Assembly (NCBI GenBank): GCA_904063045.1
Contig: CAJFCJ010000017.1
Span: 558,001 to 622,000, forward strand
Length of the DNA stretch: 64,000 nt
Direction: 5' to 3'
Origin: Dimorphilus gyrociliatus
Lineage: Eukaryota; Animalia; Annelida
The position numbers were made by a program, and so were the translations under genes. The notes under the pieces were generated by a model. That model had not been told where the DNA came from and made no database searches. It saw only the letters and a list, made by a program, of their open reading frames with translations. This document shows, piece by piece, positions 10,659 to 23,614 of this stretch (position 1 is its first letter; the number at the start of each line of letters is the position of its first letter).

Positions 10659-13600
10659 TTAGACGATATCGTCCAAAATTTTCCTGTTTAGAAGATAGAA
10701 TAAGCCTCATAGTACATACAAAATACTTAATCATATACTTACTTCTGATCTTCAGTTAAATCCAACTTTTCCTGAATTTGAGCTCGTAATTTTTCTACTT
10801 TTTGATATCCAAAATCCGACATTATCTTTATAACATCAAAACACTTTTCAATTTCCTTGGAAGATACATACCACCCTCCAATCTCTAGCAGTGCTTCCTC
10901 GCTACAGAAAGATAAAGGACTAACATTAAAATATATATCCGAAAGAACATGACCGTTTACTTACGATACAAAACCAGATATCTTGTTTGCCTTTGCAATA
11001 TACATCTCAAGCATTTTACTGGAAAAATATAATGTTAAATTTTACACTTGAACTCTTATAAATGTTATCTTACGAGGCATTTTCGTATTGATTAGCATTT
11101 GTATATATTTTCATAATATGTCCTATCATACCCCCCGTCAATCTGTAAAAAGAAAAAGGAATTTGCGATCGATAAGATACTCAAAGAAGTTAAGAAAGTT
11201 AGATGTTACATCATTGGCCTAGAAATTCTCATATTTGCTTCATCTTCTTCTGCTTTAGTTACAATACTCTCTGCCATTTCAACTAACAAACTTTGTAATC
11301 CATCTTCGTGTTTCTCCTTGGCAGCAATATTTAATAGGCTTTCAATTAAATCCTAAGTTATGTTAATTATTTAATTAGAAATATTTTATAAGATAAAAGT
11401 ATGACTTTTCTCTTGTTTGAAACGTACACTTCTCTTGCTGTAGTTAAACAATATCAAATCACCCCATATCTTTGGAACGTAGTGATAACCTTCGTTCAAT
11501 TCAATAGCTTTCAAAATTTCTTCCATAACGGAAAAGGTTGGAGTATAAGCGTGTGGAGTTACTCTTTCGTATTCTTTCATAACGTCGTCAATTTGTTCAA
11601 ATAGACAGATGAGTTTCAAGAAATTGGAATAGTATATCATTTCACTGAAGAAAACAAGGATATAGATTGAACGAAATAAATAAATATTAGCATATAAAGA
11701 CTGTTGAAATTACCTAAGGCCATCATTAAGGAATTTATAATTTTTCTCCAAATTTAATAGTTTATCTATTTTGTAAGCTGACTCTAAATCTTTTGACTCA
11801 TATGCCTTTGTCATAGCAAAGGGGAAGAAGTTGACTTAAAGGAAAGAGAATGCAACATTAGTAAGTTGATTATTCTGGAGTAATAAAGAATATATTACAA
11901 TCGGTTTCGTTGCTTAATTGAAATATTTGTCCTTCTAGTTTATCCATTACTTCACCTAAAATATTATTTTGCGCATCTGGAAGAGAACAACGAACAATAA
12001 AATTTTAAACATTCTCTTAACAAAAGCCCTATTCAGACCTGGTCTTCCATAAGATATTTGAAGTACGTTATACCATGTTGACAAATTTGGTTCAATATTT
12101 ACCTCTTTCATTTCATTTATTATCTATACCAAAGATTAAATTGTAAAATTATATATATATAATTACTATAATACCTGATTCATGTAATCAAATGCCAAAG
12201 GACTCTTACTCATTCTTGTTATTGAAAAGAGTGCTGAATTAAATGTTGTTAAATCAGGATCTACATTATTTTTTTTCATATCATTGAAGATTTCCTAATA
12301 GTTTATAAGTAATTAAAACAGAATTTGAAATATATTTAATAAAGTTTTACCCGTAGTAATTGCCATTTAAGATTAACTCTATCTCTTAAAAACGAAACTA
12401 TTGATAACATACCATTGTAGACTTTCAATGGCACTAAAATTTTTAATAATAAAATATTTAAAAGTAAAAAATTATCCATGATAAAGTTGATTACCATTCA
12501 TTCCTTTACTTTTCATTTCGGTATATAGATCAAAAGCTTTATCGGAGGCAAAGTTCTATAAGGATTACATTATTTAAGAATTTAGTTCAATAGTTTATCG
12601 TACATTAAAAAAACATGAACAGAAAAAGCGTTTTACTTTTATTAATCCTTGAATCATGATATTATAAACTTCTGGACATTTATTCTCAATAGAATTAAAA
12701 ATTTCGTCAGCTCCTGCTCCACTTCTGTCAACATACAATTGTTTTAAAACGTTTTTAAGAGTGAAAAATAAACATACTTCCATTTATTTTGAACTCGTTT
12801 AGATCTCTCCAAACCAAACTCATGTTTAAACCAGACTTCTTCGGGTAAGAGCTGCTCAGGTCTATCACTACTATTATAGAAACATAACAAAGCTAGTAAT
12901 TTTTTAACTAAATCTTCAGGAATTTCTTGATTTTCATTTTTTAAAGACTGATAAGTTTCAAAAGCCTCTGATATCATACGTTTATCGACCCTTTCTTGTA
13001 AACCTTCGATCGTGTTTGGTTCAAAGACAGTAGGAAGTTGATAATCGAAAATCTATGCATTAAATTTGTTAAGTATATAGCTATGGTTTATTATATTAAT
13101 ATATTTCGTATTACCTCTAATTTCGGTTCCGTAGGATTGTATATAAAATTCTTGGAATTTATTTCTAATACGTATCTGGCTGCTTTTTTACCAGATGCTG
13201 TAGCTAATGAAAAAGCTTTCTGTTTTAAGAGAGAAATATTTAAAAAATAGATACGATTATCAATATGAGAATGAATGCTGAAACCTTATCTTGCGAGCCG
13301 TGGGGAATTAAATAAGGATCATCTATATATTTATATTCTGGGCCATGATAATCTTTCTTCACTGTGGATGCCAAGGCTTTTAATAAAGATAATTCATCTC
13401 TGTAAAGAAAGAATTTTAAGTGGGGAAGACGTTTACATTACAAAAACTGACCTCTTCTTTTTTTTTGGTATAGAAATTTGTTGTAGCGGTTGCAAATCGG
13501 TTGAGAGTCTAGCCGATTTAGGTTCGGGTTTCGGTTTAACTCTTGGTAAGATGACATGATGTGGAGTAGAACTTTTCTTTCTGGAGAAAAGCACATGTTG

Positions 13601-13770
13601 ATATACTTCATTCCTATAATATCGTTCTCAACAATATTTATTTTTTAATTTATTGTTAATTAAAGAAAGTAGTATGCAAATCTAATATATAAATCAAACC
13701 TGTAGAAAAACTTTGTGTTCTTTCCAACATTTCCTAGTTTAAGAACATCGAAATATACTCGAAAACTCAT
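10659..13770 (-). CDS. PTCD3: Pentatricopeptide repeat domain-containing protein 3 (mitoribosomal mS39), multi-exon
   Basis: Spliced exons give ISIPKKRR|DELSLLKALASTVKEDYHGPEYKYIDDPYLIP..|KAFSLATASGKKAARY and LLALLCFYNS, plus PPR-like repeats (YNIMIQGLIK). Last exon ends KKILDDIV*. The start at ATG 13770 is inferred from in-frame splicing. Confidence 0.9.
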
Positions 13771-13856
13771 ATTTGAAGATCGCCGTGAGATGGCGCTTGT
13801 ATAAAATACTCTATTTCGGTTGAATAAGGATAGAAACCTGGTACCTAACAAGGAAC

Positions 13857-13865
13857 ACTTCCGGT
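13857..13865. promoter_or_regulatory. ETS-type site ACTTCCGGT in the PTCD3 promoter (a related ACCGGAAAT lies at 9944-9952 before DUT)
   Basis: Matches the ETS class I (GABP/ELK) consensus, and both sites lie within 100 bp of housekeeping-gene ATGs. Confidence 0.45.
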
Positions 13866-14473
13866 CGTCATAAACGATGAATCTGTTGACGAATCTTTAA
13901 TATAATTGAGTACTATTTAAGGTCAATAGCAATATATCTTTTTAGACCTTTGCTTATAAGGAAAATAGGTAATTTCGTCTCTCTTTTTCTAAATATTTAA
14001 ATCTTCTAGCTATCTTGTCACTCTATTTGTTTCAGAAATCACCCACTGTCTTATCAAATATAATTCTACTTGAGTTACAGTTAGTTTGATTTTAGTATAT
14101 AATCTATTCATTAAAGAGTAATAGTCTGTTGTAGAAATCGTTAATTTAAACGATTGATCAGCTAATTTTATAAACCAGTTAAGTTTTACAATTCCCGGAA
14201 ATGTGTTCTGCTCAACAATCATTCATACCTTTACCTCGGTAAAAAGCAGTCATCAATAATTATTTTAAATTATCTAGTAATTTAGCCAAGCAATTCGATA
14301 TATTTGGCTAAATCTAACTGCAAATCAAAAAGTGCACTAATACCCGGTTATTTTCCATTGTTCTTTCTTTAGTAAAAAAAAAACAATAGATTTTAATATT
14401 GTTAAGCACTTTACCACTGAACAAAAATTAGTTATGAAAATTTCTCATTCGACTTATTTCAGCTCCCAGCACA

Positions 14474-17068
14474 ATGACTGATCCGGATACAGAATCGGGT
14501 AGTTTCCTCGACCAAACTGATACATCTTTGAATGCAGTCAGCCCTGAAAAACAGGCCATTGCCGCACAAGCCGTTGAGGTACAGAGAAAAATTGACAAAG
14601 TTCTGGTTAAGATAAATGAAAATCAGAAAAAACGTGAAAACCACCTGGCTCAGTTCATCAATTTCGAGACAGGAGGATCTCAAGATCCTGGCCTCTACCA
14701 GCGCATGAAATCGTACTTTGAAAAGCACAATGAAAGGTTGAATAAAGAAACAGAGATGCTGCAGAAAAAGATGAAAAAGTACCAGGAAAAACTACAGCTA
14801 TTGAAACTTGACGTCTTTCCAACTCCTAGTCACAAAATACAACATCCTGGATCTTTTATAAAAGGTGTTGCAAATTCAGTGAAGGAAGTGTCAGTCTTGA
14901 AAACAAGATTGAAAAACAAGAGGTATTATTAATTTACATAAGAATATATATATTTATATATAAATAGGCTACTTTTGTCCCATCTGCGCCTTTAAGGGAA
15001 AGTATATGTTTCCAACAAAGAACTTTGCAACATAGGAATATACTATCGGGCAAATTTATCATGTATATTTATCTATATATATATATATAAATATATATGT
15101 CTTATTACTGTAAGTAATCCTATCCGAATAGAAGTATTAGCAAACTAAAATTTAGTATAAACACCTAGGCTGCAAAATAATACAGCTAAATGGTGTATAT
15201 TTCTGTTAAAATGTATATAGGAAATGGTAGAAAATTATATTTAGGCCCGATATTAGGCATCGCTATGTTTCTCTATATTGATTTTATAAATCAATCATTT
15301 GACATTAACAACTAACTGATAAGCGGCAGTATGAAGAAATTTATTAGAGATTTTGTAGATAAGAAATTTAAATCAGTAAAGTTTGTATTTTATTAACATT
15401 ATTAAATTTAATTAAAATATTTTATTATCTTTATTCTATGTGAAGTTTTCTTCTTTTTTATCATTTATCCTTCAATTAGTATCTACTCAGACAATCATAT
15501 ATATACTGTAAACGAGTATTTTATCATATGAATTTAATAGTAGAAATTATATTTTTCTATATCCACGTATAATAAAACTATATCAGTATTAATATATCTA
15601 TACATTATGTACTTATTATATAAACAATTAAAATATAAATTAGATCTTTCCTTTAAAATAAACTACTAGGTTTATATATGAATAAATAACGTCATGTCTT
15701 TACATTAATAAGCTTATTAAAGGAAGGAAATTATTGGTTGATAATAATAAAAAATTTATATATCAAATATAATATCTATATATTTAGTTTATTAATTAAT
15801 AGGATTATATGCATTTGTGTTAATATTTTTAAGAAAAAGCGTAAAACTTTCCTTTAGTATTCTTTTATTCTATACAAACAAACAAAAAAACATCAATAGT
15901 TTATTGAGAAGTTTATAGAATATTTAAAAATATAAATAAGTAACGTTTAATAGAATTATTAGCGTTAGTAATCTATAGCAAAATATCATACTTGTCGTAT
16001 TGAAAATATAATTTATTTGCAGAAGGGATGATGCATATCCGCTCTATGTTTTTTTAGACAATTTTATTACATTTATCATATATCATATATTAACATTTGA
16101 ATTGTCGGTGTAGTATTATAGTTTTGTAGTTTTCAATTTAGTATTGACTAATGAAATTACTTGTAATAGTAACTTTGATATTATAAATTTTCAAAATATT
16201 TATTAAATCTTTTTACAGATATCCAAGTGCTGATCATATTACAACTAATACCTCCACGACAAGCTCAACAAACGATGACTCTAAAACCTGTAAAACCAGC
16301 CGGACACTTCCTTCATCCTTTCAACCTCAGCCAGTACAGGCTCAAAAAGCCTCGTCGACAGGAAATACTTTACCTAATCATGACGAAGATGAAGAAGTTG
16401 AAGGAAATTCTTCAGTTACGAACGAAAGTGGCGGGCTTCTCCAAACTCCAGTCATATTAAATCAAGAAATATTGGATGATTTAGGCAAAAAATACGATTC
16501 TTTGAATCATCGATTTGACAACTACGACCAATACCAAAAAGAAATTCTTCAGCAATTAACTTCACTTAACGATCGATTCATTAGAATAGAATCGGATCAT
16601 TTGAATACCGATTCGGAAATTAAAATGATTCAGGAAAATGTAGCAGATATAAGTAATTCGTTCAACCAATTTAAGGATGCAGTTAATGAAAACATTTCAC
16701 AAACCGATTTTAAAGTTGTAGAAACTGGGAAAGAGACAACTGAAAAGATTACTCATTTAGACGCTAAAATTACATCATTAGAGCATAGAGCAGATCAACA
16801 ATTGCCTGATTTTGGTGTAGGTAATAGTGCAAGCGCAAGGGCTGTTATAACAAAGGTGGTTAACGTTGCTTTGGCCATAGTAACTGTAATTTTAGTAATG
16901 CTATCTATGATAGCAACTTTAAGTGGACCACTTCTATCGACTAAAATACGGACTGTTATGTCTGTAATCATGGTGGGGCTCATTGCCGTTGCTGTTCAAT
17001 ATTGGGATATCATAAAAGACGAGTTACTACAATTATATAGGCAATATTTGGCAAATAGGAGTTTATAG
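14474..17068 (+). CDS. TMCC1: Transmembrane and coiled-coil domain family protein (TMCC1-3/TEX28-like), 2 exons (14474-14889, 16219-17068)
   Basis: Coiled coil with the QRMKSYFEKHN..LQKKMKKYQEKL pattern, a YPSADHI motif at the splice junction (cf. FGSADNI) and two C-terminal TM helices. The paralogue cannot be resolved. Confidence 0.85.
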
Positions 17069-18303
17069 AAAACTGTTTATAGGAAAATGGCTTAGCTTTT
17101 TTCTTTTTTTTTTTCATATTTTATTTTTAAAAATTTCATCATTTACTCAACTGTCTCACAAACTGATTTACTGGACAAACACTTAAAAAGAGAAGAAAAA
17201 AAAAGAAAAGCAGAAAAATTTCAGAGTATATCAGTTTCTATGTCAAATTTCTTAACTTAACCTTCCTTCTCCTCCACTCCCTTTCCCCTTTTTTTTTCTT
17301 TTAAATTTATTCATTCCCTTAATCTTTCTTGCCTTCCTTTTCCCTCCTCCTCCTACTACTCCTCTCTATGTTTTTTTATTGGAAACTAGTTGCACCCTTT
17401 GAAAAAATAGAAAAAGAATAAGAAATAGTTTATAATAAAGATATTTGTCACCAAAAATATACTGTAACATATAAAATATATAAGAGCATAAACAGATTAG
17501 CCATGTATGTAATTTTATTAAAAGTCTATGATTTTTGTTTAATTTTAGGTTTTTTTTTCTTTTGAGATTTATATTATTTCAATTTTTACCTATGCCTCTT
17601 CAAACGTTGAAATTCATCAACGTTAAACAAGTTGATCATAAATATCAAATAAAGTTTATTTTTTTTTTTATAAAAAAAAAATATATATATAAATTTATAT
17701 ATTTGAATAATAAAACTGTAGCAAAGAGATTTTTTTTTAATATTGGTTTAGCATCAGTTATTAATGAAATTGCTAAAATAAGAATGAATCGTGACTCTTG
17801 ACTTACAGCGGTCACGATTAGTTTGTAAATTCATAGCAGATGATAATAAATCTTTACGTACTTGTACTTTAAACTGACGAATAGATGTTTATCTTCCTGT
17901 ACGACTGATAATCTTAAAACGAAACATATTTAATATATAGACATCAGTTGTTTTCATTACTTTTGCAGCAAATTCGTTTAATATTGGTGAATAAAGATTT
18001 AATATTAATATTCGTTATCGTTATGCCCGCATGATCTCTTATTACCTTTTTAAATATGACAATAATTACGTAATTTACTAGCTAACCTTATTTGATGCAC
18101 TTTGTATGTCACACCAGATGGCGTATATGAACGGACTCGTTAATTTTTCTCAATGCAATTGTCTGTATATGCATACATATATATATATATTTGTTTTTGA
18201 AAGTTTCAAAAGTAGGCTCGGAAATAAAGAACAATGTTCTTAAGCAGTTATATAAATTTTTTGCAATGAAAATAACATTCTGCAATAAAAATAAAATGAT
18301 ATT

Positions 18304-20616
18304 TCAAATTTTTTCTAAAAATCCTTCATCCATTAAAATTGGCTCTAATGGTATATCGTCCATATTTGGTAGAACCAATATCCTTTCGAACTCTTTTACA
18401 AGTTTGTTTTCTATCCAATCTGTGACGTGAGTAACGCTTACTTGTCTCTCTCCAATTTTTGGAGTTGCAGTAAGCCACATGTGAGGAGGGTGTTTAAAAC
18501 CCCACCATAAACGATCAGTCGGTGGGTGTGGTATATGCAATACTAGAGTTCCAACGCAACTTTTTATATCAACTGTCAATTGAATGGGTGTGTTAGATAC
18601 TTCTTTCATTGCTCTTTGCACATATCTATTTTCAGCTGCAGCATGAAAATATCTGCTGTTTGTTATTCGATCTACTAACTGCATTATTTTCTTCTTATTA
18701 ACACTCTTTTGTAAGCGAGCACCAACTCCAGTGTGCAGTCCATTCGAGTTTTTCTCAGAGTCGCTCACATCCTCGGGTTCTTCGTCAGTTGAACTTTCGG
18801 CACTATCCTCTTCATCGGAATCCGTAACGGGGCTTTTTTTATCGGTTGTTGGCGACGAGGTTACACTATCGCTTTTACGTAACTTCAAAAGATTCACCTT
18901 TGTTTCGATAGATAAGGCTACACCGCCACTATAAGCCATATCTATATCGATCCAGAGTCCATCTGAGTCGACATAGGGGACTGCGCTTCTTCTGAGTATT
19001 GGTACTGCTTTCCCCAGGTCTATTCCAACTATCACGAGATCATCAACAAAGACTGGTTTATTAATTTTAGCTAGTTTTTTTTGAATTTTTGACATTATTC
19101 TAGCAGCCCAAAGAGGCTGTTTTAGAACATCCCAGAGGATTCTTGAGATGATAGCGTTTATCCATATCATTGAAGGTTCACAAAGGACTCTTCCAATTTT
19201 TTCACAGCTAATTTTCGGCTTTGTACTACAAAGAGATTCTGGAGGTAGAATTCGAGATAAATGAAGTATGAGAGACTCCAAAGAAGCCTCTGGATTATTC
19301 ATACTAGGTAAAGATTGATCTTTGACAAGTGTTTCCAATGCAGAGGTACTCAAACGTTTTTCCAGTGTTCCTTTTTTACCTATATCAGGTAACTTTGATG
19401 GAATGGGCATATTTAAAGAAGCCGAATTCATACGATGAAACCATTGCTCTTTTTGAAGGCAAGTTCTAGCAAAGAGTATAATGTTCTTTGATCCATCTGA
19501 AGGCTTTATGCATATCGGATATTTTTTACTCCAAAGTCTCTTATGAACCAATCTATCAGGAAGTAAAATAACATTACAATCTCTTAAATCGACCGTCATA
19601 GACTCATCAAGGAATTGTGCCTGGGCCGGTATTGGAAGATTGTGTTTATAGCATGCTCGGCGAGGGAGTGATTGCAGAGCAATTTTCACATTCAAAATGC
19701 AAGTATCTAACTGAACAAAAGCGCTCTTTGTGTCTATCAGATGAAAATTTTCCGAATTATACTCTCCGTTTGATAATATATTCATCCAGCCTTCAAATTT
19801 ACAGGATCTGTCGGCTAATCCTCGACTAGGTGGCATAGGAGGTAAATCTTTAACATCTGGCAATGGTGGTGGGTTGAAATGCCATGGGTTGAACGTATAG
19901 ATGATAAAAGGCACAACAAGCGCCGACAAACAAGCACCAATAATTAAACCAGACATAAATGAACATATAGGTGAACATATAGCTGCAAGTAATACAAGTA
20001 GAGCTAAAAATAAGTGACCTTTGCTGAATGACGGTTTCCATTTTGGATGAAAATTACTGGGATTTGACTTAGGGCGCGTTTCATTTACAGGCTGCTCTAG
20101 AAGTTCATTCAAATTTAAGGGATAAGATTTAGAGGAAGTTTTTGGCAAATGAGGTGGTGTATTATCAAAATCTTCGGTTAATTCCTCGCCTTCTTCATCC
20201 GCGTCATCCATAGAGGCAGGTGGGACTAATTCAAAATCAGGACTCAATTTGAAATCGGCACTTGAATGTCTCGAATGCTTTCCTGGAGAGCTTCTCTCAG
20301 AGGGAACTGTATCAACGCTAACGCTTTTTTTCATTTGCGACTCTTTCTTATCAGACGAATCTAATTTTTCAGTGATAAATGTGGAAATGGAGTCTGGCAA
20401 GCGATCTTGCAGCTCGGGTAGTTTCTCGTGCCATTTTTCCGATAAACGCCCTTTTAGCTCCTTCAAGTCTTTGAAAAAGAAAGATTTTTGTTCCATTTCC
20501 GGTGTCTTCTTCTTTTCGCAAACAGCTGTCTCAACTGCATCCCCTGTAAACTTGACCGATGTCATTAGTTTTGTCAATGACTCGGGCGGTGTTGTTGATC
20601 TTGGAGAAGTTGACAT
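18304..20616 (-). CDS. TEX2: Testis-expressed 2, SMP-domain ER contact-site lipid transfer protein
   Basis: Two TM segments, a PH-like region (RLWSKKYPICI, FARTCLQKEQWF) and an SMP domain (WINAIISRILWD..IQKKLAKI..LHIPHPPTDRLWWGF..PNMDDI). Confidence 0.93.
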   Translation of the reverse strand: MSTSPRSTTPPESLTKLMTSVKFTGDAVETAVCEKKKTPEMEQKSFFFKDLKELKGRLSEKWHEKLPELQDRLPDSISTFITEKLDSSDKKESQMKKSVSVDTVPSERSSPGKHSRHSSADFKLSPDFELVPPASMDDADEEGEELTEDFDNTPPHLPKTSSKSYPLNLNELLEQPVNETRPKSNPSNFHPKWKPSFSKGHLFLALLVLLAAICSPICSFMSGLIIGACLSALVVPFIIYTFNPWHFNPPPLPDVKDLPPMPPSRGLADRSCKFEGWMNILSNGEYNSENFHLIDTKSAFVQLDTCILNVKIALQSLPRRACYKHNLPIPAQAQFLDESMTVDLRDCNVILLPDRLVHKRLWSKKYPICIKPSDGSKNIILFARTCLQKEQWFHRMNSASLNMPIPSKLPDIGKKGTLEKRLSTSALETLVKDQSLPSMNNPEASLESLILHLSRILPPESLCSTKPKISCEKIGRVLCEPSMIWINAIISRILWDVLKQPLWAARIMSKIQKKLAKINKPVFVDDLVIVGIDLGKAVPILRRSAVPYVDSDGLWIDIDMAYSGGVALSIETKVNLLKLRKSDSVTSSPTTDKKSPVTDSDEEDSAESSTDEEPEDVSDSEKNSNGLHTGVGARLQKSVNKKKIMQLVDRITNSRYFHAAAENRYVQRAMKEVSNTPIQLTVDIKSCVGTLVLHIPHPPTDRLWWGFKHPPHMWLTATPKIGERQVSVTHVTDWIENKLVKEFERILVLPNMDDIPLEPILMDEGFLEKI

Positions 20617-22026
20617 TGCTACAGGTAGAACAAAACTTCAATTAAATATAGGAAATAGCGTACAAAAAATTACCTCAATTAGGAAATAATGTGATAAAGA
20701 TCAAATTGAGTATTTTAATGCATATGTTCTACATATATTACAATCGGTATCGGTGAAATTATCTAAATCTACTTACTGATCAATACTCAATTAGTGGAAT
20801 ATTTCCATTATTTTTGTAAATTACTTTCTATATTAACGAATTATATCAACACTTAAGAAATATAACGTAATTTCTTTTTCTATTTGTCTTCGTCATCTGC
20901 TGCTGACAAATAGCAGACTCGCACTGAATTATTCCATTCGACATTTAATTTTAACGCGGAGCGCGCCAATATCATAAAAATTACATTGGACAATTAACTA
21001 CGTCTACTTTATTAAAACATTAAACAGTTAACTCTATATTTTTCACTGTATTAAATCAAATTATTAATGAATCTTTCATTTACTTATCTAACCTGTAGGG
21101 AAGAAAATTTCTATGTTTATACTATGTTTGGTATTTCACTGACGTATTTTCCGGTATTTTGTAGTAGTACTCTGTTGAAATATATCAAGGAAATCAAATC
21201 GTAGAATATGTTTTGAGTAGTACTCAAAGAAAAAGAATTTATTCAGAGAATAGGCCCATTTACTCAAAAGAAAAAAAAATGTTATATCTCTTAAAGAGTG
21301 CTTTTTAATGGAGAATTACTAATCTTTAAATTTTACAAGACTAAAAGTATAATATTACCATATATTTGAATTATACTTAAATAAAACGTTTAAGATTGTA
21401 TAAGATTAGTAAACATGACAAAAAAAAATGAAAGAACCCATTCTTATCTTGTTCTATTTAACAACATTCTGTATAAATATGTACATATAACTGTAGTTTT
21501 TTCCATATTATTATATAAAATATTATTAATAACATGAAAAAAGTATTAATATTACATCTATTATCAAAATTTTAATATTTATAAAATACCTTCGTATTTT
21601 TTACAATAACAAGATAATTAACAAGATATTTAACATTTATTAATAATTTATTATAATAAATGGAATATATATATTAATAATATATATAGTTTATATATAT
21701 TTTATAAAGTTAATTTTGTTCATTAACTATGTGATTGTTATTGATAATTAATTTTATTTGTACCTTTTCTTATTTAAAGTTAAATTGTCTTATTTCCCTT
21801 TTTATCAATAAAATCCTATTAAATATATAGGCTTGTTTATTCTTGTCTATTCTCTTAACAAATGAACAATCTTACTGTCAAGACATTTATTAATTTTCAT
21901 TATTTTTACATACACTTTCAACTCTATTCCCAGTAGTAATAGTTTCGCAAGACAGATGGCGTTTTAAACTTCAATTTAGGTGAAGGTCATACGGTCATTT
22001 CTTCAAGCTGATATTTTTATATCATT

Positions 22027-22737
22027 ATGTTAAGGTTTGTACAATTCAAATACTTTGTCATATTTATTGTAGAATATAACTTATAAAAAATCTGTAGAAA
22101 CTGTCTTAAAGTTAGAGCTATCGGGCTATCGGTGAGATCAGTTGTCCATACAAATTCTAAAAGGTTGAGTACTTATCCCTTTGTCATATTTTATATTGTA
22201 AAATTGTTTCCAACTTTTTGACAGATCTTTAGCATTTAAAATAAATAACAGCACTGGAAAAAATCGTAAAGGATCAAGTCTTCTACCAACTATACAGTAA
22301 ACTATCATTTTTTCCGCCGGGGTCGACTATCGCCGGTTTGATTATCGTCCAATATTTTCAGACAGGTGCAGAGAAGCCGATTCACGTCGGATGGAAGTCA
22401 CATATCTATACCGCGTTATGTGCCCAGAGAAAATGAACCATTGCAGTCAAAGATTTCACGATTAGAATATCAGAGTAGGAAGAGAGGAATGTTGGAAAAT
22501 GATTTACTTTTGAGTACTTTTGCCGACAAATATTTAAGAAATTTAACCGAAGAGCAGCTAGATATGTACGACAAATTGATAAATGTTCCTGATAACGATT
22601 GGGATTTATATGATTGGCTTATTGAAAAGAAAAAAGCACCAGAAGAATTTCAAACGGAAGTCTTACAAATGTTAATAAAGCATAGTAAAAATGAAGAAAG
22701 AGAGCTGAGAAACGCACAACCTCCTCTCAGGCATTAG
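22027..22737 (+). CDS. SDHAF2: Succinate dehydrogenase assembly factor 2 (Sdh5)
   Basis: [36 protein letters not shown] is the Sdh5 signature. The first exon (ATGTTAAG|gtttgt at 22027, joined to ttttcag|ACAGGTG) is a tentative guess because the main exon has no upstream in-frame ATG. Confidence 0.9.
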
Positions 22738-23614
22738 TTTGTTCTATTTACTTTGAGATGAATACATCATATGGTGTTTTTTTAAGTTTATTCCCTCTGT
22801 TATTAAAAATAACCTTTATTCTATAAACGATAGACAGGGTAAATACACATATAAATTATTATTGTTTACAAACTGTAATAAGAAACTCAGAAGCATTCTT
22901 TACTTGAGTTTATATGGATAAATATTTAGACACGAATTATTAATATATTCTTTTCTTTTTTATAAAATTATAACATTTTATATAGTAGGGAAGAGAGAGA
23001 GACAAAATCCGATTTTACTTATTCTATATAGAAAAACAATGATAAATACAATAATTACTGATTGTTGTTTGTGATATGAGAAGAAGAAAATATTAAACCT
23101 TTATTCTTATTCTTATCTTTTCTCATTTTGTTCTCCTCTTTTCACGGTCTATAAATAGAATATGTGAGAAGGAAGACATTTCGACAAGTAATATATAAAA
23201 ATTTATCGAATAGTATTTACTCTTAATACATTTCACATCTTCTTAAAAGCAACTACTAAATAGAAGTATAAAAAAAGGAAAAAAAACAAAACTACAACTC
23301 TAATACAATAATAATAATAATAATATTTCTTTGACAGCTTCCATTCTTTCTTTTTTTTCTTTAAAATTTTATTATCGCCTACAATGTAAAATAAAAATTG
23401 AATAAAAAGCTTCCATAAATTTTGCGAAATTATCAGCTCACTAATTTTTGTAGTAAAAAATAAAATAGGAAAAAAACAAAGCAATACAATACAATATATT
23501 ATGAGCCTGATAGAATATTGACTAGTTAAACTTTTGCATTTAAGTTACAAAGCAATATAATGATACATGTAGGAATTTTACATAATAGATTTTAGCAAGA
23601 TATCCATTTTCAAA

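Noticed and set aside
14010-14222. 70-aa ORF between PTCD3 and TMCC
   Set aside because: AT-rich with no recognisable motifs or splice linkage; probably spurious.
17784-17822. SECIS element (ATGA followed by a stem-loop)
   Set aside because: The GA/GA quartet does not register with the helix, there is no apical AAR, and no gene in the window has an in-frame TGA.
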